Assembly (NCBI GenBank): GCA_003693705.1
Contig: RBZT01000650.1
Span: 1 to 53,911, forward strand
DNA length: 53,911 bases
Direction: 5' to 3'
DNA from: Polymyxa betae A26-41
Taxonomy: Eukaryota > Protista > Endomyxa: Phytomyxea
Of this stretch, positions 37,590 through 48,934 are shown one piece after another. Numbering within the stretch: position 1 is the stretch's first letter; each line of letters begins with the position of its first letter. The translations under genes and the position numbers were made by a program. The notes below the pieces were generated by a model. The model was given only the letters and a program-made list of their open reading frames with translations, did no database searches and was not told where the DNA came from.

Positions 37590-38315
37590 ATGAACCTTGG
37601 AGCTCGGAACGCGTCGCTCGCTGATCGCCTGCATTCGGCGGCGTCCTCTGAAGCCAATCGCATTCGCATTGAGACGCAAGCTGTTCTGCGCCGACCGTCC
37701 TCGTCGCCTATCACCTGGCAAGAACTATGTGAAGCTCTCGACACCAATAATTTGCAGTACTCCTTCTGCATCCGGAATTGTCGACCCCGTATCTAATTTG
37801 TTAAAGAACACTTGGCAGATCGCCTCATCGACAGGAGCAGTACATCGAGAAGCGGCGCGAAATTGCTAAAAAGTATTTTCTGCTGCGTCATGAGACACAA
37901 ACTACAATGGTTTTTAGATTCAAAATCGGATATCATTATATTCTGAATCGCGTTTGGGGTATCAGCCTAATGGTTGATCCCGAATCGGGTCTGTTGGTTG
38001 CCGTTCAAGATCATCCCAAAGATGAGATCATTTGTCTTCAGAATGATTTCCCTTACAATTTGGAATTGGGTCCGGGTGTCTGATTTGTCTAATATGCATT
38101 TCTGAGCCGTTGTTGCAGGAGTCAGTCATCATATTCTGTGGGCGGGTTCCGAGTCCAGTTTAAAGCTTGCCACATCCGACTTTGAGAATCTGACAAAGTA
38201 TCTCCCAGCGGAGCTTCACGATAAGGAAATCAGATGGTGCATTAATCCTTTGAATCTTCAAAGCGTCAAAGAAATTCCACACGCTCACATTTTCTCCCGT
38301 TCCAAATCACAGTAA
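37590..38315 (+). CDS. DUF3605/GIG1-like protein (HIT-like fold); start uncertain
   Basis: Spliced product: ITWQEL...LGRS...Y...YILNRVWG...NDFPYNLELGVSHHILWA...WCINPLNLQSVKEIPHAHIF. This fits the NDxPY/HxxxW/NPxxLQSV/HxH pattern of DUF3605. Confidence 0.75.
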
Positions 38316-38388
38316 AATCATAATATTCATTTATTTTCCGCCCAAGGTGTGTTTTATAATTCAAAGTAATACTATTTGGGCCCGCGGA

Positions 38389-39876
38389 ATGCTTGCCGGC
38401 AAGCGATCGAGAACCCGGCACAGGAACCTGGGACAGCTGCACAGGGTACCGACTGCCGTCATTTTAGAAATGGGTCGGGGTGGTGCCCAACTTGGAAAAC
38501 CTCTTAAGGGGGGCGGAGTGCCCAAGAATGCAACGATTGATTCTGTCAATGGCAATGCCGGTGAACTAGCGCGAATTGAAAGATATCACCAAGAGAAAAA
38601 ACTTCTTTATGGATTTCGGCATCGGCTTGAGGTGATGGTAGCTGAAGATCGACATAATGAACGGGTGTCACAGCGACAATCCACCGGTCGATGGAGACAG
38701 ATGCTACGACAAACCTTATCAAAACAGCTGCAGCAAGAAATCGGGTTTGATTTCTTCCAGGCTATCAGCAAAGCCGAATCCATGCGCTTGGGCGCCTTCC
38801 AGTTGATGGAGTATTTGAGGCAGGTTGACTATCAAAGCCAAGCAGCCCATTCGAGATGTTCCAGTCAGACCGAATACCTAATCGAATTGTTCAATCGTTA
38901 TATGGGGAATTTCAAAAAATCGTTTGATACAGTCGGCGATGGATTACGAATTCAGCTGGAACGGAACTCGCAGGAGCTGCACGAAGCGCATCAACAGGCT
39001 GTGTCGAAAGCGAAATCGGCAATGGCCGATCTTTGGGCAGAAGAGTCAGCACGATCGACGTTAGAGATGCAAGCGTTCGAGACCGAGCGAGAATCAATGC
39101 GCAATCGAAATCTCGAAGTAATTCACATGCTGAAAGTCACGACCAATATTGTCATCGAGAAGCTCGAAGCACGATTCGATAGCGCCCATCGTGCCTATGT
39201 CGAACTGACTGACGAACGTAGCCACGAGTTCACAGCGCTGAAAGCAAGCGATCGGCGCCTATCCGAACAAATTGAGCGGCATAGCACCAATATCGAACGT
39301 GTATCCGCCGCGATTCAACATTGGAGAAAAGCGTTGGCCCGAGCTACATGTGACGGCCGGGCCAGTATTGCGGCTTTGAAGGCAGAGCGCGATATCCACT
39401 ACACAAGCTACCAAGATCTTTATGCAAAATTCCGCGATATTCGTCAGAAGGAAACGGCTTCCTTAACGAGAAGTTCCAGCAAAGCACGCGATAATGCCAG
39501 GCGTCTACGAGCCGCTCTAGAGACATGCCAGAGAATCTTGAAAATTGCCACGGTGGTGGAAAAAGCACAAACCCAACAGGAACGAACCGACCGGCAGCCC
39601 GTCATCGATCAGCTGAGCCGAGCTCAAGTCGACATAATCGAAGCTAAAAAACGCAGAGATGTGATCAGAAATGAGAACGAGCAGTTGAGAGCTTTGTTAG
39701 CAAAATCTATGGAAAGCATCAATATAGGGGCCAACACAGTCGATGGACCGAATCCGTTGCTGATTGTAAATGGGCGTTCAGGAGTGCAGACGTTATCCCG
39801 CCTGGGAAGACATCGACCAACTGTTGTTGACGCTGGAATGATAGCAAAAGCATACGCCATCCAAACTGGAGTCTAA
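38389..39876 (+). CDS. Dynein regulatory complex subunit DRC2/CCDC65-like coiled-coil protein; start 38389 or 38470
   Basis: WRQMLRQ...LQQEI (NYD-SP28-type motif), a long coiled coil, and C-terminal ENEQLRALL...SI......GPNPLLIVN. Confidence 0.72.
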   Translation: MLAGKRSRTRHRNLGQLHRVPTAVILEMGRGGAQLGKPLKGGGVPKNATIDSVNGNAGELARIERYHQEKKLLYGFRHRLEVMVAEDRHNERVSQRQSTGRWRQMLRQTLSKQLQQEIGFDFFQAISKAESMRLGAFQLMEYLRQVDYQSQAAHSRCSSQTEYLIELFNRYMGNFKKSFDTVGDGLRIQLERNSQELHEAHQQAVSKAKSAMADLWAEESARSTLEMQAFETERESMRNRNLEVIHMLKVTTNIVIEKLEARFDSAHRAYVELTDERSHEFTALKASDRRLSEQIERHSTNIERVSAAIQHWRKALARATCDGRASIAALKAERDIHYTSYQDLYAKFRDIRQKETASLTRSSSKARDNARRLRAALETCQRILKIATVVEKAQTQQERTDRQPVIDQLSRAQVDIIEAKKRRDVIRNENEQLRALLAKSMESINIGANTVDGPNPLLIVNGRSGVQTLSRLGRHRPTVVDAGMIAKAYAIQTGV

Positions 39877-39972
39877 ATAATAGTAGCCATACGCCGTTCT
39901 CTCAATAGATGAATATTCTAAACTCTACACTGTTCGTTAAACTTGTCTAACAAATTTATAATTATCCAGCAA

Positions 39973-41184
39973 TCACCGACCCGGATTCGGCTGGGATCTC
40001 GTTGAATGAAGATTCTTGCAAATTACGATTTCTAAAGAAACCGCGTTAAATCTCATTTGAGAAGTACTTCAGTCTGTACCTTTGAAGAACCTGTCGCAGG
40101 CGAGACATTTCGCCATCTGATTGTGATTCTGCTAACGGAAGTTTCAAAACCGTTAAGGTCATGTTTACTTCGAGGCTGCTTGCAATCTATCATAGAGTGT
40201 TGAGGTAGGTATTAATTACCGCTGTAGTATTTACCCTTTCGACTCCTGCACTTGTTATTGGATTCGCTGTTAAATCAAGCTCCTTGAGAGTCATATTCTG
40301 CACGATCATGGACGAAAGAGGTGCAACCCCATCTGCACAAATTCTATCAAGCAATTAGCTACTTCGTTGATTCATCATTTGAGATTAACCTATTTCTAGA
40401 TAATTTAAGAGTTTGAAGTCTGGCGCCTGGTTGGGATAGATAGTCGGATATTGCTCGAGCAGCCCAGACACCAAGTCCATTACCATCCAGAGATAACGAT
40501 TCTAATTTACTCTGAGCCAGTAATCGACCTATTTCAGCAGCCTCCAAATCAGGAATTCCGTTATCACAAAGTTGCAGTTCTGTAACCTGAAACCCCAATG
40601 AGTTGCTAATCAGAAAAAGCTTGTTGCTGTACATTGGAATCAATAATGCCTTCAATAAACGTTGTGAAGTTGGCTTGTTGAAGTGTCTCTTTATCGTTAT
40701 TTATCGATATTTTCTTTAGATTGCGAGCGAGGGGCAGCTGTCGCCCAATTGCGGTAATTCCTTTCTCATTCATTCGAACCTAAATCTCATGCTTCAAAAC
40801 AAAAAGAAAAAAGCGCAAAGACTTCAAATCACATTATCGAGATCCAACGAAGTAAGGGAAGTAATACAGCTGGAAAATGATAACAGAGTTGAGGGTGGAA
40901 TGGGGCTGCTTTGAATAAATAGGCTGTCAATTAGTGATGGATTCTGCTGAATCGTTTGACAGAGTGTTCTCATCGTAGACTCGACAAGATCTATTGGACC
41001 TAAACTGTTGTGAGAATGCTGAAGCTCGAAATACTTTCACCTTACCCATGAGCAGGGTCACGCCTTGAACGCCTCGCGCATCCAGCATAGCCTGGAGCAA
41101 AGCGTTGAGCGTCATCTTGCCATTGCGAATGTCCACAACCGATTCGGACGTGATCTGGATGGGAATGGATTGCGACGATCCCAT
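39973..41184 (-). CDS. RNI-like leucine-rich-repeat protein with a predicted N-myristoylation start (MGSSQS)
   Basis: Spliced exons give LTSLDLDN, LQLCDNGI, LESLSLDGNGLG, LQTLKLSRNR, LKELDLTANPITSAG and VNMTLTVLKL. The 3' end is approximate. Confidence 0.7.
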
Positions 41185-41476
41185 CCCGCTCCGATTAGAG
41201 ACAATTTGAAGAGTGGGCTCGAGGACGAGATGGGTGCTGCGCATAACACATCTGTCCTCCTTGTTTGTTTCGATAGGGATAGGCAATCACTATCAACGTT
41301 TGTTCTATTGAACTCTTGCCCCACATCTACGAGTCATCTTACGAGTCAGGCTTTCCCCCCACGACACAGCTTGGTGCCCTATTCCACTGATATGTCATTT
41401 ATTTCTGGGTTAGCTGGGGTGTTGCGCCCGTGTCCATTAAAACCTTAATATCATTCATATCAGCGGCTGTGGAAGC

Positions 41477-41587
41477 GTCAATCTGCGACTCTACCTCGGA
41501 CCACATCTCTGTCAATCTGCGACTCTGGTGGGCCCCACATTTCTGCCGATTTGCGACTGTAGCTGGTTGCTGGGCCCCACACGTCTG
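41477..41587 (+). repeat. Three-copy ~34-38-bp tandem repeat in a divergent promoter
   Basis: GTCAATCTGCGACTCT is exact at 41477 and 41511, with a third degenerate copy at ~41549. Each copy is followed by GG(A/CC)CCACA. Confidence 0.7.
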
Positions 41588-41686
41588 TGCAAGAAACCCT
41601 CAGCCTCTTTCGTGTTACGGGATGTCTCTCTCTAATCATAGCGGCCTCTTCTATCTCTTCATAATGCTTTTCGCTCAGCTTCCATC

Positions 41687-43857
41687 ATGAACATCGTCAA
41701 AGCGACCAGAAAGATGCTGGCGTATCACTCGATGCGCGAACCATCGTACCGGGAAGTGCATGAATCCGATATGATTCTCTCCATCGAGGACGATATCACC
41801 CTCAATGGCGTCCTTTCTAACGACAGCACTCATCCCATGCGACAGTTTATTCGTGAAAACCATCTCAAGCTGATTGTGATAATTACTTCATTAACGATTG
41901 CGTTTGTATACCGCTTCTTTATTCATAAAGCTGGAGAGAATCCTGCCATATCTTCCATCTTAGCAATGTATGGTTTGCTGTCTGTCTATCGCATAACTTT
42001 GATAATGCTGTAGTCCTGGGCTTCTAGTTTTAGGCTTATATGCAGCCACAATATTAGAGCATTTGGTCTTAAAAATTCTACAGCTGTTGAGCAACCCTGA
42101 TTCTTCCATGGGTGCTATCGATGCTATGCGATCTCGCCTTCGATTTGCCATTCTATTCGGATTCGTCCATTATTACGTCATACCTTTCTGGCTCGAAGAG
42201 CCTCGAGTTGGCGGCGATATGCTCCGGTTGTTTTTCCGGGCTAGTTTTATTATATCGATTAGTTGGATATTGAAGGAGCTTATTTATGGGATTATTCGAA
42301 AGGTTTGTCCAATCACGAATTGTTCTTTCGACTGATTACTCTTCTAGTTCGCTTTTGTTAGCACTTTGAAATCGGATCTTCATAATTTAAGTGCAATCAA
42401 AGACTCGATCTGGTTTGTTTGCTGCCCTAATATTGCTGCTCGACATCGCCTGATGAAGATGTGGCTGGATAATTCTTCGCAACGAGCGTCGTTTGATAGG
42501 AAAGTCGCCGAGTTACGAAGCTGTACGATGAATTTGCCTTTGGTGCCTATTAATGATGGTCACGAGTGGGAATTTGATCTCAATCAGACTTTGGCTGTTA
42601 GCTCCACTACCAAGATGAGAGCAATCGTAAGAACCGATTGGGTCATTCGCCATCTAATGATGTCGATAGGCTCAATTTATGGCTAAAAGACTGATTGAAG
42701 GAGGTGGCGAGATAAATTTCTCGAAATGGTCTCAAATGTTCCCTTCTACAACATCTGCATCCCGGGCTTGGACGCTGCTCTTTAAAGACATTCTTGAGAC
42801 GCAAGCCATACATGCTGAAGAATTCATTTGGGCATTGATCCAGGTTGCTCACAGAGCCAACCTGCGCATGGAAATTGTATCTAATCGTTCTATTTTAGGC
42901 GTTTGAACGCTTGGTTCATTTATCGAACAGAGCCCTAAACCTTGACAACCTGTTAAGCGTTGTTTTAATTGGCTTAAACAGTATCTTTTATTTGATGGTC
43001 GGCAGCTACATTCTGTATGTAGCTGGTGTTGATCTATCTGCAATGGTTGTTACATTCGCAACGGCTTTTGCATCTTTAACTTTCGCCTTTTCTGGAATGA
43101 TCACCAGGATCTTTGAATCGATGATTTGGGTTTTCATCACGAAAGCCGTCGAAGTGGGCGATTTGATTCAGGTACTTTCGTACATCCATATTTTAGGGTC
43201 GTATTGATCCGCTTTTTGCAAAGATAAATAACGATGATTTCACGATCCTTCGCATTCGTCTTATGAGCTCAGACCTTCGAGCTGGTGACGGCCGAGTCAT
43301 GACAATTCCAAATGGAACGTTAGCTCAGAATCCGATTTTTAATATGCGGCTGACTTCGTCTGCTGTTGTTTCGAGTATGCGACCCCACTGTCTTTATGGT
43401 TGCTAAATGTTTGTACAGTTAAATTTCAAGTGTCGTACTCTTGCGCGAGAGAAAAACTATTGCTTTTGAAAAAGGTCTAAAAATACTGTATTATGTGGTT
43501 CCCAATCACTAGAATTGAACCTCAGGGAATAGAAAGCTACGTTCAGAAAAATTCGGAAATTTGGAGGAATCCAGTTGATCTAAGAGTGACCGATCTTCTA
43601 GACAGCTCATCTTGGGTGGTAATTGCGATCTTACACCATCGATTAAACTGGCAGCAAAAAGGCATCATCGCTGAAGATCGATTTGAAATCGCCAACGAAA
43701 TTCGCACCCTGATTAATGAACTCGGTATTGGATATCGAGGTACAGAGCCTTAATTCACTTTGACAAACTAATCTAAATTTTTTTTTCAGATCCTGACAAA
43801 TACGTCGATGCCTCCTCGCAACCGTCTAATGCGACTACGCCCAACTTGCCTAAATAA
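41687..43857 (+). CDS. MscS-like (MSL) mechanosensitive ion channel
   Basis: Several TM segments, then FASLTFAFSG.ITRIFES.IWVF.TKAVEVGDLIQI, DGRVMTIPNGTLAQNPIFNMR and HHRLNWQ. The last exon ends at TAA 43855-43857. Confidence 0.85.
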
Positions 43858-43978
43858 TAGACCCTCGAAAATAAAAAACCTTGGATATCAGAAAGCGAAT
43901 TCCCGCAATGGAGATGGGAGATATCTTGCCAATGGATTAAACAGAAACGGCACGCTCTCATTTGGAGTACTTTCATCT

Positions 43979-44725
43979 ATGACAAACCATAATGCGGCAA
44001 AGATCATCAAGCCGATGTCTCAAGCTGAGATGGATATTTATTCATTACGTGTGACAAAATGGCTAACAATGCATGGAGGAACTCACACGAACGATCCTCT
44101 CGACCCTCGAACTAAAGCTTACTATCGCCGAATGTTTGATCTAATCGACGTTGATGGGTCGGGAGCTTTAGCAGCGAGCGAATTACTTTGCGCGCTAAGA
44201 TATATCGGTTTTCGCATATCTTCGAAAGAAATGAAACGGCGCTTGGCCGCTGTCGATGACAACCACAATGGCGAGATTGATTTCAACGAATTCGTGCATT
44301 TCATGGTGAAGTCGACTTTGGACTTCGAGCAATCCACAGATGGCATCCCGCTGCCGTTCTATCTCTGGATTCCAGCATTTCTTCGCCGAAGCAGCCTGGA
44401 TGCGTTAATGAAAACTGGCGTGGCGCCCCCCACTGCCATCGAAACTGTGAAGCAATGGAGTCTAACTGAGGCCCAGATGGCCACCAAAGACATGGAGAAG
44501 CAATTGGTGATGCAACAACGTGGACTCCATCGAGGATCTGTGGCAACCAAACTGAATCAGCTCGAGAAAGAGCTGGCCGCACGAGCCAAAAAAAAACATC
44601 GGCTTCGGGTTCAGCGTGAGAATTTGGATGATCCAGCCACGGTCGGCGACCTGTTCGAAAAGTCACCGTTTACGGATTTGATGGCGCTTGAGACCAAACC
44701 TTCACAGCCGCGACTACCAAGGTGA
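43979..44725 (+). CDS. EF-hand calcium-binding protein
   Basis: Paired EF-hands DVDGSGALAASE and DDNHNGEIDFNE. ATG 43979 is preferred because the longer ORF from 43808 overlaps the last MscS exon. Confidence 0.8.
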   Translation: MTNHNAAKIIKPMSQAEMDIYSLRVTKWLTMHGGTHTNDPLDPRTKAYYRRMFDLIDVDGSGALAASELLCALRYIGFRISSKEMKRRLAAVDDNHNGEIDFNEFVHFMVKSTLDFEQSTDGIPLPFYLWIPAFLRRSSLDALMKTGVAPPTAIETVKQWSLTEAQMATKDMEKQLVMQQRGLHRGSVATKLNQLEKELAARAKKKHRLRVQRENLDDPATVGDLFEKSPFTDLMALETKPSQPRLPR

Positions 44726-45098
44726 ACCTTCAATGGGTCTGTGGATATGAAAGTTCTATGTTGTGATACAGATTGAAGGCGCAGTCGCCTCGTGCTCGTG
44801 CGCTGAGCAATTATCTGGGCACAAATACGCATCGTGGCCGCCAACGTACTCTTCCATTTGGAACTAAGCGGCGAAGGATCGCTCTGACAGGTTATTGTTT
44901 CTGGCGCAAGCTATTACTGCTTTCTGAGATGAGATTTGTATCAGAACCGTTCCCATTTCTACCTGACATCAGAAAGGCATCAATTTAGATAGATAATTAC
45001 TTAATATAACCTTTAGTATTATAGTCTTTGCTAAGTTGACTCATTTGTTTTGCCTGTGATTATGGACGACCCCGTTCTCCGATAAGAGAAAGGCCAAC

Positions 45099-46008
45099 TT
45101 ATAGGCTAAGGCGTTCTACCGAGTCTATGATTTTCATGCATTGGTCTGTCTGTTCCCGTAAATAATCGAAAATGTGATTCAGACTGAATAAATTGATGCA
45201 GACTGTGCTCAGATGGATTGGGCCATCCGCTGTTTCTGGCAGTTCTTTTTGCAGATCGTCCTCGTCAAAACTCCGTTTCAGAGTTACGATCGCTTTTAAT
45301 CTCTTCAACGAGTCGAAAATCTCATATAGGGACCGAACTGCGGATTCCAGCAATTCGAGATGTTCCGAGTCAGATCTTAGCTGAAAAGGATTCCGAATGT
45401 TCCGTTCAATGAAGAGCAACAGGTGGCTTTTTCGATGATCCAAGACGATTTTTCAAGTATGTCAACTGACATTCCATCGCTGGAATCAACCTACCTAATA
45501 TGTTTGCTTTGGCTTTAAGATATGAGCGTAACTTGGTAGAATCCTTCATTAGTTGACTCCACAGTTGTGATGCCATATCCAGACCAATCGGCTGCTCCAG
45601 ATCGATCATATTGAGCGCGAAAAATGTACATCGGGCAAGCTCTTGAATCACTTCGTATAATGTTGTCTGGATGCTTGTCGTCAACTTTGGCGCCTTTTCG
45701 TACCCTGATACCAGTAACATCGGGAGTTCTTTGGCAAGAGGACGGCCGCTCTGTTTATGAAATCCTGTGCCAATTTTCATGTCTACTATGCGATGCCAAC
45801 GAAGGTATCGCTGTCGATTTATCCCATTCAACGAACAGATTACAGGCGAGAGTGAAGGCGGTCTTTTCGTTGATAGATTTGGTTGGGAACGGTATAAACG
45901 AAATCTTTCCCGTTCCTGGTCGACAAGCCGGTCGATAGAGAGTATTCGAGCAGAATTATCTCTCCAAATATTCCGAATGGCTTGAACATGCTGGTGAACC
46001 TGAGCCAT
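45099..46008 (-). CDS. Hypothetical helical/coiled-coil protein
   Basis: ORFs 45406-46008 and 45099-45443 can be joined in frame by a ~40-nt GT-AG intron (KKPP|LRSDSEH). No recognisable motif. Confidence 0.45.
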
Positions 46009-46085
46009 TGGTATACACAGGGTATTGTGATAAATTGGACAGAAAAAATATCTTTTGATATATTGAACATGTGTACTGTAGTAGA

Positions 46086-47725
46086 TTATCTTCCATCGAC
46101 GACTTTCGTCCTCCTGTTGTCCTCAAGGACAACGTGTTTCGATGCAGTGTAAAGGCCTTCATTCTCGGAATGTTGATGAAAGCCATCTTTAGAGCAGTCC
46201 TAAAATAGGTATCAAATTTCGCCAGCAGCCAATTCGAAAACCCGACCCTTAGAATCGATAAACCTTTCTCAGTTACACTAAAAAAGCCAATATTGTTTTT
46301 CGGATATGATGGAGCCATGACGATCCCCACGAATGAACTTTGAGTAGCTTGATAAATGAATTGTGTGTGTAAATCAACCGACGAGAGGAAACAAGCCTGT
46401 AACGATTTAAAAAGCGTCTTAGATCCTTCGAAAACATAATGACCTGTGATGGATGAGTGTGAATCCAACCCAAAATGCAAAGATGATTTGAGATTGCGTA
46501 ATTCAGGGTCGCTTCATCCCCCTCCGACCCAACGTTAACAGTATCTGCTGTCCCGGCTTGCGGCGGAATGTAAAGCTTCACAAGTGAGTTAAAACGAACA
46601 AAATGCCAATCCAGTCATACTTCGGTGACAACAAATTCATCAGTAGGACTGAGTTGACCAAGCAAGAACCCACAGGTCTCGATATTCTTCGAAGTGTTTG
46701 CGTCAACATGCCTATTGCCCGATTTAAATATCCATGCACAATGTGACACTAGAATACCTTAAAAATACCCAAGGCAAATCCGAAGGCATACGTAACCTTT
46801 TAACAGCATCGATACTCTCCAAAATGGAAGTCTGCTTCAGGATGGACTTTCTAGAAAATTCGTTCCCTTTGTACTTCTTAGCTAAAATTCTCAGAAATCT
46901 GGACAAACAGCACCCTACTTTTTGGGTAAGCAGATATTCGTAGGTTCGCGAAAGGGTCAGCGACGCTAGACGCCATGTCAGGCTAAAAACGTGGATCAGA
47001 ATTTTAAACAAGACTACAAAAAGGCTGATTACAGTGATAGGAAATGAAGAAGATGGCTTCGCGGACTCATCTGATGCAATTGACAACGTATACGCAGGAT
47101 TATCATTCTGTGGATAGCTTGAGGAAGATGCAAGAGGCGCTTCTAAAACGTCTTCTGCTGGAGGAGCTGAAGGATGCTCAGCGGTAGAATCATCCGAGGC
47201 CTGGTATAAAGGTGATAAATGTTGTGAAGAAAGATGTTGATCCTTCTGCGGCTTGATTAATGGGTCTTCGTCATCCTGATTGAAATCAGGCTCAGACTCA
47301 GGTGCTGGCGCGTCCCATTGCTTTTGTAAATCCTTCTAAACTTCGATTAGTTTACGAAACATAATAGTTGCTCATTTTCAGCTACCGTCAGGTCTTCTAG
47401 CTTTTCTAAAATAACTTCACTTAGGTTTTTGTATTCGCTTATGGTAGAAGATTTAGCGGAAGGAAAATCCCGATGTTTTGGAGCATGTAATATTATAGTA
47501 TTAGCTGCTCTTAAGTAATAAACATAAGCTTGCTCAAATCGCTGCTCTTTGACAGAGCAATCAGCGAGTTCCGATGCCTAAATGGCGATCAAGTCTTCTA
47601 TATGAGTAATAACTAGTTCGAACCTGTCTCGCAGCAGCCAACAGGCTCAACAACGACCCGTTCAAACTGGGTTGAATATCACCCTGCTTTAGCAGCTTCT
47701 CTTTGAACTCATCCCATTTCATCAT
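46086..47725 (-). CDS. AMSH/STAMBP-like JAMM deubiquitinase (N-terminal MIT/USP8-dimer-like domain plus MPN+ domain)
   Basis: N-terminal EQAYVYYLR...HAPKHRDF. JAMM domain: [51 protein letters not shown] and C...GFHQH. Confidence 0.92.
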
Positions 47726-48103
47726 GACGGCAAATATCGGTCGGCAGAGTCCTCAGATTTAAATCAGCTGTCACTCCCGACCTTTGCTAGGCAGTTTTTG
47801 CCAGCGGCAGCCTAGGCTGATGCCCCCAGCCTCGGTCGGCAGCGTCTGGCAAGAAGATGGACTGGCCGATAGGCCGACCTCCAACCTTTGGTCTCTTACA
47901 GACGGGCAGATTCCGTCGAATAAAGGATGCCAGGCCTATGGTCACATAGCATGTCATAGGAACCCCACATCATGACATGGCATAATGATACCGACCTGCA
48001 CTGTGTCTGAATGTTAGGGCGACTGATGAACCAACTGGACACAGGGTTGCGCAACTCATCGTCGAATCCCTCTCAACAATTCGCTCTTTCGCCTTCTCGA
48101 TAG

Positions 48104-48468
48104 ATGGTGTCTTGGAACTGGAACCCCGCTAATGATCCTCGCCGGCTCGACTGCCTGAAGGCTCTGGATGCGCTGTGGAGCTGTTACAGTATGTGTCCCT
48201 CCCGGTTAGAAAGACAATCCTCATGGCTTTGCATTTAGCTCCCGGTTATCAGCTGGGCCAACTTTATCAGTTTGGGGAGACAAGTTCGTGTACGAAACAG
48301 TTCAACGATCTGACGAACTGCATGAAGATGAAGCTGACAAAGCACGACGAAGCCCGTGTATTCTTGGATCAACATTATCCGGATCAGACTCCGGAGGCCA
48401 TTCAAAAGAAACGCGAAAGTCACGTTTGGAAGTTTAGAGACCATCCTCCAGAGCAATTCATCGACTAA
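48104..48468 (+). CDS. DUF3128 / Emi1 / C22orf39-like small Cys-motif protein
   Basis: DCLKALDALWSCY|TPGYQLGQLYQFGETSSCTKQFNDLTNCMKMK...SHVWKFRDHPP, with one short intron. Confidence 0.8.
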
Positions 48469-48542
48469 TGGTGTGATGCTAATTCTACCGTTTAAGTATA
48501 GATCTTCCCGCTTTTTATAGCCTTCGTTAATCGAATAAAATT

Positions 48543-48934
48543 TCACGAAAATTTAGAAATCTCCGCTAAAAAGAGCAGTCGGCGAATCGCGTCGATCTCA
48601 AGGTTCTGGCCAGGCGAAGTCGACAAGCATATTGGCTGCCTCGCCGATCGCCAGCTAATGTTCACCGCCAATACCGATCGCCAGACCGGCGCCTGCATCG
48701 TCACTGCCGTTGCTGCATTTATGGTGTACAATACTATCTGGCTGATTATTACTGTAATGGGTGTTTGATACAGGCCAAGACTTGGTACTGATTTGCTTTT
48801 AGCCTTTCGTTGATGCGGATCAGATCCTGCAAGAATATTTCCCTAGCAGGCAAATTGCTATCGTCGTTCCTATTATTCTTGGCCTGGTCGTGTTGACTAT
48901 CGTTTTTAGCTTCATTGCTTTGGTCATGATCCAT
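48543..48934 (-). CDS. Possible small hypothetical protein
   Basis: ATG-initiated ORF 48749-48934 plus a plausible short intron into 48543-48740. The splice frame is ambiguous and no motif is recognisable. Confidence 0.25.

Noticed and set aside
43808-43978. N-terminal extension of the EF-hand ORF or an MscS-EF-hand fusion
   Set aside because: It overlaps the in-frame terminal MscS exon, which has its own stop at 43855-43857. A separate gene from ATG 43979 is simpler.
48015-48070. CTGATGA followed by a stem, resembling a hammerhead ribozyme core
   Set aside because: No GAAA after the putative stem II and no stems I/III with an NUH cleavage triplet.
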